64,000 nt of DNA from Acidobacteriota bacterium (GCA_963663035.1 OY760074.1:576001-640000); one strand, 5' to 3'; shown: positions 40,938 through 52,253, numbered from the stretch's first letter. Made by a program: numbers and translations. Notes: generated from the sequence alone by a model not told the origin.

Positions 40938-41954
40938 ATGAAGTTGGGCGTGTATCGAAGTTTTCTTCCCCTTTTTTTCATGAGTTTCTTTTCTCAGACC
41001 TTATTCCTATCAGCTCAGGAACCCATAGCGCTTCCTGAAGGAGTGCCCCCGGAATCGGAATGGGCCTATGGGCAGCATCTGGGACAAGTGGAAGAAATGA
41101 TGGATGTTTCCGATCTAGCGGAGCGGGTAAGGCAACTGGAGTCCTTCATGAATAAACTCCACCCTGACTCTAAGATTCTGCAGTATTACGAGAGCTTTTT
41201 CAATCGTACTGTCGAAGACTACCAGCGTGCCGGCCAAACCCAGGAGGCCACCGCACTCACGAACAAAATGCTGCAGCTATTTCCCGACAGTGTAAGCCTC
41301 TTAACCCAGGAGCTGCGCGCGGCCATCCAGGCACAGGATTATGCCAGGGCGATTGAGCTGGGTGAGAAACTACAAGCCATCAAGCCAGACCAGCAAACGA
41401 CCGTATTACTCGCTCAAAGCTATATAGCCACGAATAATGCTGCCAAGGCCTCGGAGTATAGCCAGAAAGCCTTAGAGGCGCTGGGTCCCAAGGAAGGTCT
41501 CTACTTTGCGTACTGGCTAGCCACCTACCACACAGGTCAGCGTCAAATGGACAAAGTTGTGGAATACTACGACATGGTGCTGAAGGCGTATCCTCAGGGC
41601 ACCCCTTCAGGCTGGGATGCCGGGCAGTGGAATACCATTAAAGCTACTGCCTATGGTGCACTCGCCCGGGTCGCCTACGACAAGGAAGATTTCCCGGGAG
41701 CGATCCAGAACTATGGCGAGTCTTTAAGGTATCAACCGCAGAATGATCTTGCCTATCTTTCCATGGGTTTGAGTTACTGGAAATTGCAGCAGTTGGAACC
41801 CGCCATGGACGTTTTTGCGAAAGCTGTGGTTCTGGGCAAGGATCATTCCGCTAAAGCTCGTGAATACCTGGAGCAGATATACAAGCCCCTCAATAGTGAT
41901 TCCTTGGACGGCCTGGATGCGCTACTGGCAAAGGCCAGGACTGAGCTGAATTGA
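40938..41954 (+). CDS. Secreted TPR protein
   Basis: AGGAGG RBS, signal peptide, TPR-like helices. Confidence 0.8.
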   Translation: MKLGVYRSFLPLFFMSFFSQTLFLSAQEPIALPEGVPPESEWAYGQHLGQVEEMMDVSDLAERVRQLESFMNKLHPDSKILQYYESFFNRTVEDYQRAGQTQEATALTNKMLQLFPDSVSLLTQELRAAIQAQDYARAIELGEKLQAIKPDQQTTVLLAQSYIATNNAAKASEYSQKALEALGPKEGLYFAYWLATYHTGQRQMDKVVEYYDMVLKAYPQGTPSGWDAGQWNTIKATAYGALARVAYDKEDFPGAIQNYGESLRYQPQNDLAYLSMGLSYWKLQQLEPAMDVFAKAVVLGKDHSAKAREYLEQIYKPLNSDSLDGLDALLAKARTELN

Positions 41955-42190
41955 TAAGCTGGTCCGATTTCCCAGCCTCCTGTCAGAGTGCTCAACCGAG
42001 TCACTCGATCAAGCTTGCTAGCCCGGATTATGCTTAATTAGGGTTAGTAGACACTAGTGGAACCTCCCCTATCCACACCTTTTGGTGATTCACGTCACAG
42101 TAAGAGTTTTCAGAATTATGCTTAATTAGGGGTAGTAGACACTAGTGGAATCTCGTCCCTCTCACACCTTTTGAGGGTAGCTCGTAAGAG

Positions 42191-43562
42191 GAGGTTCCGT
42201 CAATAAGTGTGTAAATAGACATCAGGCGGCTTTCTCCTGGGTGACTGGGTTGACTGGAACTCCATTGACATATTGGGCTCCTTGGTAGACATCCTTCATC
42301 AAGTGGGGAGCCTTCAAACGGCGAAATCTCTTCTCAGCGACCAGCAGCATCTTCCAGATGACAGCCCGTGCGTTGGCCACTTTCTTGAACCTTCGAGCAG
42401 CATCGGTTCGCAGTCGCAGAGCAGAGAAGGGAGACTCCACTGGGTTGGTAGTCCGCAGATGTTGCCACTGCTGTTTGGGATAGTTGTAAAACGTCACCAT
42501 CCGCTCCCAGTCCTGGTCGATCAGATCAGCCGCTGCCTCCAGGCCTCTCTTGCTACACCAATGTTGGAATCGTCCTTTGACTCGCTCGGCTTCCTGCCGT
42601 GTTTCTGCATAAGGGATCTGCCGCAACATCAACAAGGCCGCTTTGTGCCGACTCTTGGGGATCTTGGCCAGCAAGTTGACGATGCGATGATTCCAGCATC
42701 TCTGCTCGTCGGCTTCTGGGAACACGTTGCGCAACGCTCCCCAGATCCCCAGATGCCCGTCAGCGATCACCAGACGGGGTGGGTTCATCCCCCGCTCTTT
42801 GAGATCCCGCAGCACTGCGGACCAGCTCTGGGTCGATTCTCGATAACCACTACTGACGGACACCACCACTTTAGTGCCATCACTTAAAGCGGCGATCACT
42901 ACCAGAATCACGGCCTTCTCCTTCTCCAGCCCTGCTTTGATGTACACGCCGTCCGCCCACAAATACACGACTTCCAGATCCAGCCGACGGCTCTGCCAGG
43001 CCTCCATTTCTCCCTGCCACTTCTGTTTCAACCGGGCTACGGTGCTGGGGGACAGCGGCGCTTCTTCCCCTAAAAGCCCTCTCAAGGCCAGATCGAAATC
43101 CCCCTCGGCCAGACCATGTAAATAGAGTTCTGGAATCAAGTCTCGTACCTCTCGCGTTCGCTTGGCAAACAGCGGCAAGACCCGGCTCTCAAAACGCTCT
43201 TCCAGATCCCGCACTCGGGGACGCCGCAGCTTGATCGTTCCGCAACTCATCGTCAGTCGCCGCTCCTTGCCGTAGCCGTTGCGATAGCCACCGGAGGCGT
43301 CCACTTCTCGGCGACGCTCATTCTTTCTTCGAGCAGCTGTGTCACTTCATCCTCCAGCAGTTCCTGTACGTAAAACTGGATCTGCAGTCGCACCCACTCT
43401 TCCAGCTGTTTCAAAGCAGACTCTTGACTCCACACTGTGGTCAATGGTAGTCTTGCGCATGGATGTGTGACTCCTTCCTTTCGGGCTCTTCCGCCCGGGT
43501 TTTTATTTTCACCCGGAAGGATAATCACCGCCTGTGCTATTTACACACCTTTTGAGGGTAGC
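42191..43562 (-). mobile_element. IS256-family element, copy A (transposase 5' end frameshifted)
   Basis: Near-identical to 44029-45407 with indels around 42977 and 43330-43465; same ends. Confidence 0.85.
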
Positions 43563-44028
43563 ACTAGTATATCCTACCATGTTCACGGTCCTCATCAGTC
43601 CAGGGAAGGTCGAGATCAGATCCGCAGGGTAGTCACGTGGGCCAATCTCCGCCTCCAGGCCTCTCTTGCACTCACACCAATGTTGGATTATCGTCCTTTG
43701 ACTCATCCCCTGCCGCTCGATCGGGACCAGCTTCCTGCCGTGTTTCTGCTGTGCAATAAAACAGGGATCTCCATCTCCGTGTTCGAGGTGCGATTACAAG
43801 GCGTCCAAGCTAGTGCTTGACCCACCGAATCGCCCCATGTACATGCTTTCACCGATGAGCACCGCACCCGAACTCACGGACAACAAGGCTCGGGCCGCTT
43901 TGGGTGCCGATCTCTTGGCGGATCTTGGCCAGCAAGTTGACGATGCGATGATTCCAGCATCTCTGCTCGTCGGCTTCTGGGAACACGTTCAATCTCCGCA
44001 ACGCTCCCCAGATCCCCAGATGCCCGTC

Positions 44029-45407
44029 AGGTTCCGTCAATAAGTGTGTAAATAGACATCAGGCGGCTTTCTCCTGGGTGACTGGGTTGACTGGAACTCC
44101 ATTGACATATTGGGCTCCTTGGTAGACATCCTTCATCAAGTGGGGAGCCTTCAAACGGCGAAATCTCTTCTCAGCGACCAGCAGCATCTTCCAGATGACA
44201 GCCCGTGCGTTGGCCACTTTCTTGAACCTTCGAGCAGCATCGGTTCGCAGTCGCAGAGCAGAGAAGGGAGACTCCACTGGGTTGGTAGTCCGCAGATGTT
44301 GCCACTGCTGTTTGGGATAGTTGTAAAACGTCACCATCCGCTCCCAGTCCTGGTCGATCAGATCAGCCGCTGCCTCCAGGCCTCTCTTGCTACACCAATG
44401 TTGGAATCGTCCTTTGACTCGCTCGGCTTCCTGCCGTGTTTCTGCATAAGGGATCTGCCGCAACATCAACAAGGCCGCTTTGTGCCGACTCTTGGGGATC
44501 TTGGCCAGCAAGTTGACGATGCGATGATTCCAGCATCTCTGCTCGTCGGCTTCTGGGAACACGTTGCGCAACGCTCCCCAGATCCCCAGATGCCCGTCAG
44601 CGATCACCAGACGGGGTGGGTTCATCCCCCGCTCTTTGAGATCCCGCAGCACTGCGGACCAGCTCTGGGTCGATTCTCGATAACCACTACTGACGGACAC
44701 CACCACTTTAGTGCCATCACTTAAAGCGGCGATCACTACCAGAATCACGGCCTTCTCCTTCTCCAGCCCTGCTTTGATGTACACGCCGTCCGCCCACAAA
44801 TACACGACTTCCAGATCATCCAGCCGACGGCTCTGCCAGGCCTCCATTTCTCCCTGCCACTTCTGTTTCAACCGGGCTACGGTGCTGGGGGACAGCGGCG
44901 CTTCTTCCCCTAAAAGCCCTCTCAAGGCCAGATCGAAATCCCCCTCGGCCAGACCATGTAAATAGAGTTCTGGAATCAAGTCTCGTACCTCTCGCGTTCG
45001 CTTGGCAAACAGCGGCAAGACCCGGCTCTCAAAACGCTCTTCCAGATCCCGCACTCGGGGACGCCGCAGCTTGATCGTTCCGCAACTCATCGTCAGTCGC
45101 CGCTCCTTGCCGTAGCCGTTGCGATAGCCACCGGAGGCGTCCACTTCTCGGCGACGCTCATTCTTTCTTCGTCCCAGCAGCTGTGTCACTTCATCCTCCA
45201 GCAGTTCCTGTACGTAAAACTGGATCTGCTCTCGCACCCACTCTTCCAGCTGTTCAAAGCAGACTCTTGACTCCACACTGTGATCAATGTTCTTCTTGCT
45301 CATGGCGGTGTGACTCCTTCCTTTCGGGCTCTTCCGCCCGGGTTTTTATTTTCACCCGGAAGGATAATCACCGCCTGTGCTATTTACACACCTTTTGAGG
45401 GTAGCTC
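44029..45407 (-). mobile_element. IS256-family element, copy B (intact)
   Basis: 28-bp imperfect TIR GAGGTTCCGTCAATAAGTGTGTAAATAG / GAGCTACCCTCAAAAGGTGTGTAAATAG. Confidence 0.93.
44059..45303 (-). CDS. IS256-family transposase
   Basis: YRNGY, LWADG, IADG, QRCWNH, RTTNPVES. Confidence 0.95.
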   Translation of the reverse strand: MSKKNIDHSVESRVCFEQLEEWVREQIQFYVQELLEDEVTQLLGRRKNERRREVDASGGYRNGYGKERRLTMSCGTIKLRRPRVRDLEERFESRVLPLFAKRTREVRDLIPELYLHGLAEGDFDLALRGLLGEEAPLSPSTVARLKQKWQGEMEAWQSRRLDDLEVVYLWADGVYIKAGLEKEKAVILVVIAALSDGTKVVVSVSSGYRESTQSWSAVLRDLKERGMNPPRLVIADGHLGIWGALRNVFPEADEQRCWNHRIVNLLAKIPKSRHKAALLMLRQIPYAETRQEAERVKGRFQHWCSKRGLEAAADLIDQDWERMVTFYNYPKQQWQHLRTTNPVESPFSALRLRTDAARRFKKVANARAVIWKMLLVAEKRFRRLKAPHLMKDVYQGAQYVNGVPVNPVTQEKAA

Positions 45408-45519
45408 GTAAGAGTTTTCAGATAACGCTAGAATCCACCATGAAGCTCTCTAATGTGGCCTCTAGAAAGGCTAAGAGAGGTCATTCTTCGGTGTTGAGTC
45501 AAAGACTGCTCAATGAAAG

Positions 45520-45915
45520 GTGAAGGCTATGGGAAATTCAATGGTATTACTACTGAAAAAGCGCCAGTCGGGCCTGGTAAGTGTCCTGGTGCTGGCTGTG
45601 CTCTTAGCCATCCTGGGGTACCTGGGTTCTCAAATTGTCCCAGTCTACTTGGCGCAGCGAGCATTTTATGGAGATCTGGTCGATCTTGCCGGTCGCTCTG
45701 CCCTCGATCAGCAGGACAATCTCGCTATTACCCAGCAGGTCGTGCAGTTAGCCCAGGCCAGAGACTTCACTATCTCAGAGCATAACGTGCTCATTTCACG
45801 GGTCCCGGAGCGACCGGAACTCGCTATTCTGGTTGACTACACAAAGACGACGGAGTTTCCGGGTGGCTACATCTATGTGTTCTACTTCCACTCTGTGGCC
45901 GAGGGACTTCTCTAA
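45520..45915 (+). CDS. Pilin-like membrane protein (DUF4845-like)
   Basis: KKRQSG followed by hydrophobic helix and VPVY. Confidence 0.6.
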   Translation: MKAMGNSMVLLLKKRQSGLVSVLVLAVLLAILGYLGSQIVPVYLAQRAFYGDLVDLAGRSALDQQDNLAITQQVVQLAQARDFTISEHNVLISRVPERPELAILVDYTKTTEFPGGYIYVFYFHSVAEGLL

Positions 45916-45949
45916 CGCCGACCGACTGGTGCACGACCACACAGCCCCA

Positions 45950-47216
45950 TGACCTTGCCCCCTAAAACGAGTCCAGTTTGAATGTTAGGATTTCCGGTTT
46001 AGGAAGGAGGCAAGGATGGCAGGGAAGCGGTTTAGGGCAGAACAGATCATCATGAAGCTGCGTGAGGCAGAGGTGGGTCTGGCCCAAGGACAGAGGGTGG
46101 GACAGGTGTCGAAGCAGATGGGGGTGAGCGAGCAGACCTACTACCGGTGGCGCAAAGAGTACGGAGGGCTCCGGTTGGACCAGGCCAAGAGGTTGAAGGT
46201 GTTGGAGAAGGAGAATACCCGGTTGAAGAAGCTGGTGGCGGATCTGTCTTTGGACAAGCAGATCCTGAAGGAAGTGTCCTCGGGAAACTTCTAGGCCCGG
46301 CGAACAGGAGACGAGCGGTGATGTGGGTACGAGAGCGATTAGGAGCAGAGCGAGTCTCCGAACGTCGGGCCTGCCAAGTGCTGGGACAGGTTCGATCGAC
46401 CCAGCGAAGGGAAAGGCAAATTCCCGATGATGAGGCCCGATTGGTGGCCCGGATGGTGGAGTTGGCTACGCAATACGGGCGTTATGGCTACCGGCGGGTC
46501 ACGGCGATACTTCATGGGGAAGGGTGGAAGGTGAATCCTAAGCGGGTGGAGAGGCTGTGGAGACAAGAAGGGCTGAAAGTCCCGTCCAGACAGCCGAAAC
46601 GAAGGAGGCTGTGGCTTAATGACGGTTCCTGTGTTCGGTTACGAGCGGCTCGCAAGAACCACGTCTGGAGCTATGATTTCGTGCATGAACGGACCCATGA
46701 TGGGCGAGCCTTTCGGCTATTGACGATCCTGGATGAGTACACCAGAGAGTGCCTCGCCATTGATGTGAAACGGCAGATGAATCACCAAGACGTGTTGGAC
46801 CGGCTGGCGGAGTTATTCGTTGATCGGGGAGTGCCTGAGTTTATCCGGTCCGATAACGGATCGGAGTTTACGGCACAGGCGGTCCGGGACTGGCTGCAGG
46901 CTGTTGGGGTAAGGACCTTGTACATCGAGCCGGGCAGCCCCTGGGAGAATGGGTACATTGAGAGTTTCAACGGGAAACTACGGGATGAGCTGCTGAACAT
47001 GGAGATCTTCGACACGCTGGGGGAAGCCAAGGTGTTGGTAGAACGCTGGCGGAGGGATTACAATCAGATCCGGCCTCACAGCGCCTTGGCCTATCGGCCG
47101 CCGGCGCCAGAGGCCAAACTACCTAGGTCGCAGGCACTGGATCCAATCCCTTGGAGTGGACTTCAAATGGTCCCGGGTCTAGCATAGAGGGTGGACTCGT
47201 TCGTGGGGGCAGGTCA
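45950..47216 (+). mobile_element. IS3-family element, second copy, 1267 bp
   Basis: Same ends and ORFs as 8929-10195; target duplication CCCA. Confidence 0.97.
46016..47187 (+). CDS. IS3-family transposase OrfA/OrfB (-1 frameshift)
   Basis: Translations identical to the first copy. Confidence 0.93.
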
Positions 47217-47262
47217 CCCACGCCTCCAAGAAAGCACGGATGCAAGGCGGCAGTGAGGTCCC

Positions 47263-47292
47263 CTTGACTCGTTCTGCTCTTCAAAATACAAT
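47263..47292 (+). promoter_or_regulatory. Sigma70-type promoter for the FHA-EAL gene
   Basis: TTGACT-18bp-TACAAT. Confidence 0.5.
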
Positions 47293-47408
47293 TTCGCCAC
47301 GGGGTACGGGACCCTGCGGGTGGTTGTCCCCTCAGATCTTGAGATCCCCCACCGTTTGCACTTCCAATGACGAACTAAGTGCAATCGACTTCGCAAGGAT
47401 TTAGCTGG

Positions 47409-48524
47409 ATGGAGGAAGATTCGGATCAAGCTGAGTGGTCCCTTGAGGGCTACCGCGACGAGAGCGAAGAGTTCAGGCGGTGGATGGTTCGGCCCCTGCC
47501 CTACCGCGTGGGGCGGAACCCTGATGTGGACCTGTGCCTTCCCTTTTCAACGATCTCAGGCCGGCATGCGGAACTATTTGTCCAGGGTGACACTCTACAG
47601 CTGCGTGATCTGGGAAGTACCAATGGGACGTTTCTGAACCGCGAGAGGATCACTGGAGAAGCAAGCCTGAAAGATGGCGACATCCTGCATTTTTCAGACT
47701 ATGAGTTCCGACTCAGCCGAGTCGAGCCTGAGGTGACCGATTCCTCCCGTACTGTCTTGCACCACGTCTCCTCTGAGGAGCTTCCAGGGCAGCTAGCCGT
47801 AGGAATACACCAATTTCACGAACTGCTGAAAACACACGCGGTTCTTCCCTTCTTCCAGCCCATCGTCAAGATTAGCGGGGATGAAACGATGGGATACGAA
47901 GTCCTGGGACGAGGCGACCATCCAGGAGTTGCCTCTGTGCCTGACGAGCTCTTTCGCATTGCAGCACGCTTCGGCTTGGAGGCTGATCTCAGCACAGTTT
48001 TTCGTTCTCGCGGGGTTCAAGAGGCGAAACAGCTGGAAGGTGCGCCGAAGCTGTTCGTTAACACCCACCCGGCTGAGTTGGGTTCGCTCCACCTTTTGGA
48101 TTCGCTCAAGCAACTCCGTCTGGATGCACCCGACCTCTCTATCGTCCTGGAGATTCATGAAGCTGCCGTCACCGATCTCGACCAAATGCGGAAGCTGCGC
48201 GACCACTTGACTGATCTTGAGATGGGGCTTGCCTACGACGATTTTGGGGCCGGACAGGCTCGCTTACTTGAATTGGTGGAGGTTCCACCCGACTATCTTA
48301 AGTTTGACCTTACTCTGATAAGAGACCTTCACGAGGCCCCCTTTCCCAAACAGAAGTTGGTCGAAACTTTGGTGCACATGGTGGGTGAAATCGGAGTGTC
48401 CTGCCTGGCCGAAGGTATCGAGAAGAAGGAAGAAAAGCAAGTTTGTGTTGAGATGGGATTCGAATTCGCCCAAGGCTATTTCTTTGGCAAGCCTGCTCCA
48501 CTCTCGACCTGGATTCGCTCCTGA
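47409..48524 (+). CDS. FHA-EAL fusion (c-di-GMP phosphodiesterase)
   Basis: VGR..ISGRHA..DLGSTNGT (FHA); FQP, EVLGR, DDFGAG, AEGIE, AQGY (EAL). Confidence 0.92.
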   Translation: MEEDSDQAEWSLEGYRDESEEFRRWMVRPLPYRVGRNPDVDLCLPFSTISGRHAELFVQGDTLQLRDLGSTNGTFLNRERITGEASLKDGDILHFSDYEFRLSRVEPEVTDSSRTVLHHVSSEELPGQLAVGIHQFHELLKTHAVLPFFQPIVKISGDETMGYEVLGRGDHPGVASVPDELFRIAARFGLEADLSTVFRSRGVQEAKQLEGAPKLFVNTHPAELGSLHLLDSLKQLRLDAPDLSIVLEIHEAAVTDLDQMRKLRDHLTDLEMGLAYDDFGAGQARLLELVEVPPDYLKFDLTLIRDLHEAPFPKQKLVETLVHMVGEIGVSCLAEGIEKKEEKQVCVEMGFEFAQGYFFGKPAPLSTWIRS

Positions 48525-48528
48525 CCCA

Positions 48529-51027
48529 CTACATGTTTTCAACAACAGCTGAAAACGTTTCTTCCAGATCAAAGTCGGGCAACTTCTTGTGAACCACAGA
48601 GGACTCTCCAGCAACAATCCTCACTTCGAACTCCAGCGGCCCATTGAAATGCGGATTGCTCACTCGAACCCGGTATCTCCCAGGCGGCAATTGCACCACA
48701 CACGGGGTATTGAGGTCCTGCTCAATAGAGATCGCCTGATCATTGTCTACGCGGGTGATTGAATCGACGGTGGCCCACGGTGCAACATTCAAGATCAGTG
48801 AACCCGAAGGACTCTCAGAGGACGGGTCCAGTATTCTCTCCGATTGATCTCCCCCGGCCCACGCAATAACCACTGCCAGCACCAAAAGTAACATGAAAGC
48901 GACTCCCGCCAACGGCGCAAGCCATGGCTTAGCCAGGAAAGCCGAGATCTTCAGTGGAAGTTTGGGTAGCCTGATTCTTCCACACTTCTGTCTGATCGTC
49001 AGAGTGACATTCTCTAGTACCTGAGTAGCCTCGCCGGCCTCCAGAACGTCCTTTTTCACTTCAGATGGAGAATCCGCTGCAGCTCGCTTTTTACGGAGCT
49101 TTGCTTCCGTGTGCTCCTTGAGCCTGAGCGCAGTTGGATGATCAGGTTCCAGTTCCAACAAAAAAGATAAGTTGTCAAGAGCAGCTTCGAAATTCCCTCT
49201 CTTGATTTCGCCTTGGGCAAAGTCCAACACTTTGGCAATCTGACTCAGGTGTTCTCGTTGGGCACTGGTCTGGGTGGCGGCTAGCTCATGAAGATTTTTC
49301 AACTCAGGGTGCTCGGGATCCAATGCCTCCAGGGCTTTTCTCTTCAATTCAAGGGCTTCCGGCTGATCCGGCTGGACCGCCAACACTTTTTCAACGAATT
49401 TCAGAGCCCGATTGAACTGCTTGGACTCCAGACGCTGGCTGGCCTTTTTCAGGAGACTCGCCACTTGGTGTACTTCTTTCATCGCCTTTTCAGCGCGCCG
49501 TTGAACCTCTTGAAGTTCAGTGTGCTTCGGATCCAGTTTCAATGCCTCAGTCGCTGCTTTGTAGCAGCCCTCGTAGTCCTGGCTCCTCTCATACTGGCGG
49601 ACCGTAGCCAACAAAGCTTCCAGCTTCCTGAGCTCAATGCCCTCCTCTGCTTTGTCTTTCAGCTCTGCTGCCTCAGGATGGGTTGGGGAAATTTCGAAGG
49701 CCGTGGAGACGACCTGTAGACAGCGCTCAAAGTCTTCCTGATCCAAAGCGCTGCGAGCCACAGCCAGTGCCGCTTCGAGCTGCAATTGGGTTTCCTGTTC
49801 GCGGCGACGCTTCTCCAAAGTTTCCTGCACTCGCAGTGCTTCGGCGCTCTTTGGGTTGAGCTTGAAGATTTTCTCCAGGGTGGTGCGGCAGGCTTCCTGC
49901 TGACCCTCTTTTAACTGTGCTTTAGCAGTTACGAACAGTTTAAGGATCTTCTGAGCTTTCGACTGTCTGTCGACAACGATTTCTATGCGTCTCTTGAGAT
50001 CAGCCTGCCGAAGCAACAGGCTGCCGTAATCGTCCGGATCAATCTCAGACCCGAGCAGAGAGACCTTGGTTTCGGGGTCGACTTCTTTTGGTTCAAAGAA
50101 CTCGTCTTCAACAAGATCCTGGATGAGCGGGTTCTTGAAGTCCTTGCGGTACTTCTTTAATTCAGCTTGGAGGGGCTTGATCCCTGTCCTCAAAGTCTCC
50201 TGAGCCTTGGGAAGTTGCTCCTGGAGTTCCAATATGTCTGCCGTTAGTTCGGCACCAGTTTGGTAGCGTTTTTTCGGATCCTTACAGAGGGCTCGCTCGA
50301 TGATTAGTTCCAACTGTGGAGCACAGCCTGAGAGGACCAGTGAGATGGGATGATGAGGTTCACTGACGATCTGAAAGCAAACTGATGTCGGAGTTTCACC
50401 TTCAAACGGTCTGGTGTAGGAGACTAACTCATAGAGGAGAACACCGACGCTGAAGAGGTCGCTGCGCCCGTCAATCTCAGGGCTGCCTTTTACCTGCTCC
50501 GGGGACATGTAGTAAGGGCTTCCCAAGAGCATCCCGCTTCGTGTCATCTCCGAGGAGGCCAGCCGGGCCAGTCCGAAGTCCAGGATCTTCAGGCCACCGT
50601 ACTGCGTAATGAAGACGTTGCCCGGCTTGATGTCACGATGGGTGACACCATGGCTATGAGCGTAGTCCAGGCCCTCGCAGATCTGGCTGACAAAACGAAG
50701 TTTCTCGGAAAAGGGGATAAAGGCTCGTTTCTTGATGATCGCTCGTAGATCCTCCCCCTCCACGTATTCCATGGCAATGAAAGGTCGCTTCCTGTTCTCA
50801 CCCAGATCGTAGATGGAAATAATGTTTGGGTGATTGAGTTTGGCAGCCGAGCGAGCTTCCCGAAAAAAGCGGGCTCGAAGCTCGTCATCCACGTCGACGC
50901 CCGTATTCATCACCTTAATGGCGGCGTAACGCTCCAGTACAGGATCATAGGCTTTGAAAACAACTCCCATGCTCCCCTGACCCAACAGGCCTTCGATCTG
51001 ATATCTGCCAATTTTCTTGGGAGCCAT
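48529..51027 (-). CDS. Hanks-type Ser/Thr kinase with TPR-like repeats, TM helix and PEGA-like C-terminus
   Basis: GQGSMG, AAIK, HRDIKPGN, DFG, YMSPEQ. Confidence 0.93.
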   Translation of the reverse strand: MAPKKIGRYQIEGLLGQGSMGVVFKAYDPVLERYAAIKVMNTGVDVDDELRARFFREARSAAKLNHPNIISIYDLGENRKRPFIAMEYVEGEDLRAIIKKRAFIPFSEKLRFVSQICEGLDYAHSHGVTHRDIKPGNVFITQYGGLKILDFGLARLASSEMTRSGMLLGSPYYMSPEQVKGSPEIDGRSDLFSVGVLLYELVSYTRPFEGETPTSVCFQIVSEPHHPISLVLSGCAPQLELIIERALCKDPKKRYQTGAELTADILELQEQLPKAQETLRTGIKPLQAELKKYRKDFKNPLIQDLVEDEFFEPKEVDPETKVSLLGSEIDPDDYGSLLLRQADLKRRIEIVVDRQSKAQKILKLFVTAKAQLKEGQQEACRTTLEKIFKLNPKSAEALRVQETLEKRRREQETQLQLEAALAVARSALDQEDFERCLQVVSTAFEISPTHPEAAELKDKAEEGIELRKLEALLATVRQYERSQDYEGCYKAATEALKLDPKHTELQEVQRRAEKAMKEVHQVASLLKKASQRLESKQFNRALKFVEKVLAVQPDQPEALELKRKALEALDPEHPELKNLHELAATQTSAQREHLSQIAKVLDFAQGEIKRGNFEAALDNLSFLLELEPDHPTALRLKEHTEAKLRKKRAAADSPSEVKKDVLEAGEATQVLENVTLTIRQKCGRIRLPKLPLKISAFLAKPWLAPLAGVAFMLLLVLAVVIAWAGGDQSERILDPSSESPSGSLILNVAPWATVDSITRVDNDQAISIEQDLNTPCVVQLPPGRYRVRVSNPHFNGPLEFEVRIVAGESSVVHKKLPDFDLEETFSAVVENM

Positions 51028-51176
51028 AATTTTCTAACGATACTGGAAAGGGAGCATTCAGTTGGTATCAGAGTGAGGAAAACTCGGCGAAGCACAACCG
51101 AAATTTGATGTCCCGTACACGATTATTTTACCATGAAAACAGGTGTTTCCGTGTGGTGGGATGCTGGAGTTTTTGG

Positions 51177-52253
51177 ATGCTATTGAAGAGATTCGTCATC
51201 GTAACCCTTGTGACTGGTTTGCTGCTTGGCACCGATCTGACCTTCGGGCAGCCTCTGACTGAGGGAGCACTCACCAAGGCAGATATCTTCGAAGAAGAGG
51301 CCGCAGAAAAGGCCAAGGCTGGTGACTTTTCTGCCGCGATAGGGCTCTATCAGGAGGCCATTGATGCTGAATCAGACGAGACGGAAAGGGAAAGGATTCA
51401 GTCAGATCTTGAGGACGTGAAAAAGCGTTTCTACATTCACTTGTATCAACAGGCTCAAATGGGCAGTTCGCGTGAAGAGACGATCAAGGTATTGATTCAG
51501 GCACGGTCATTAAACGTCGAGGAGGTGGTGGAAGAGGAGAAAGGTGTCCTTCGGAAGCTCGGTGGCTGGATTCGAGGGCCTGACAACGACTTTGAAACGG
51601 TGGTGGGTACCGTTCAGAGTATGAGAATTGACCTCTTTGATCAGCTCCTGCTGGAGGGGGAAGCGGCAGCTCAAGAACGAGACTACGACGAAGCTGCCTT
51701 GCGGTACCAACAGGCTCGTGAGCTGGAGCCCGGGTTTTTCAAAAGGGAAAACCTGCAGGTCCAGGAAGACAAGATACGAGATCAGATTAAGGCTGGGCAA
51801 CAGTTGGCCCTTGAGGGGCAGCGACTCCTCATGCAGAGAAAATATAGGGAAGCAGAGGAGAAGTTTCGGCGGGCCGATACTCTCTATCCCGGCCAAGCAG
51901 TTGTCGCCTCTGGTCTGAAAGGAATCCAAAGCAACGATGGCATACGCACTGGATTGCTGGCTCTTTTCGATGGTCGATCGGATGAAGCGATCCAAATCTT
52001 GGAATCGGTTCTGGAGGGTGTTGGAGAGGGGGTGGCACAGGTCCACGCCGTTTTAGGAGCGGTGTACTGTCACCGAGCCTTAATGAACGTTGAACCAGAC
52101 ACGTTGGCCCTGGAAAAGGCCAGGGAGCAGTTTCGGATAGTGTTCAATTTGCAGCCCGATTACCAGTTATCGGAACAACTGTTCTCTCCAAGAATCCTAG
52201 GAGTCTTTGAGCAACTCCGATCTGAAACCAAGGTGGGATCAATCCAGGACTGA
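51177..52253 (+). CDS. Secreted TPR-like protein
   Basis: Signal-like N-terminus, TPR-like helices, C-terminal FSPRI. Confidence 0.75.
   Translation: MLLKRFVIVTLVTGLLLGTDLTFGQPLTEGALTKADIFEEEAAEKAKAGDFSAAIGLYQEAIDAESDETERERIQSDLEDVKKRFYIHLYQQAQMGSSREETIKVLIQARSLNVEEVVEEEKGVLRKLGGWIRGPDNDFETVVGTVQSMRIDLFDQLLLEGEAAAQERDYDEAALRYQQARELEPGFFKRENLQVQEDKIRDQIKAGQQLALEGQRLLMQRKYREAEEKFRRADTLYPGQAVVASGLKGIQSNDGIRTGLLALFDGRSDEAIQILESVLEGVGEGVAQVHAVLGAVYCHRALMNVEPDTLALEKAREQFRIVFNLQPDYQLSEQLFSPRILGVFEQLRSETKVGSIQD

Noticed and set aside
43563-44028. Degenerate IS256 fragments as a third element or diversification product
   Set aside because: Scattered small insertions relative to the intact copy look like uncorrected read noise
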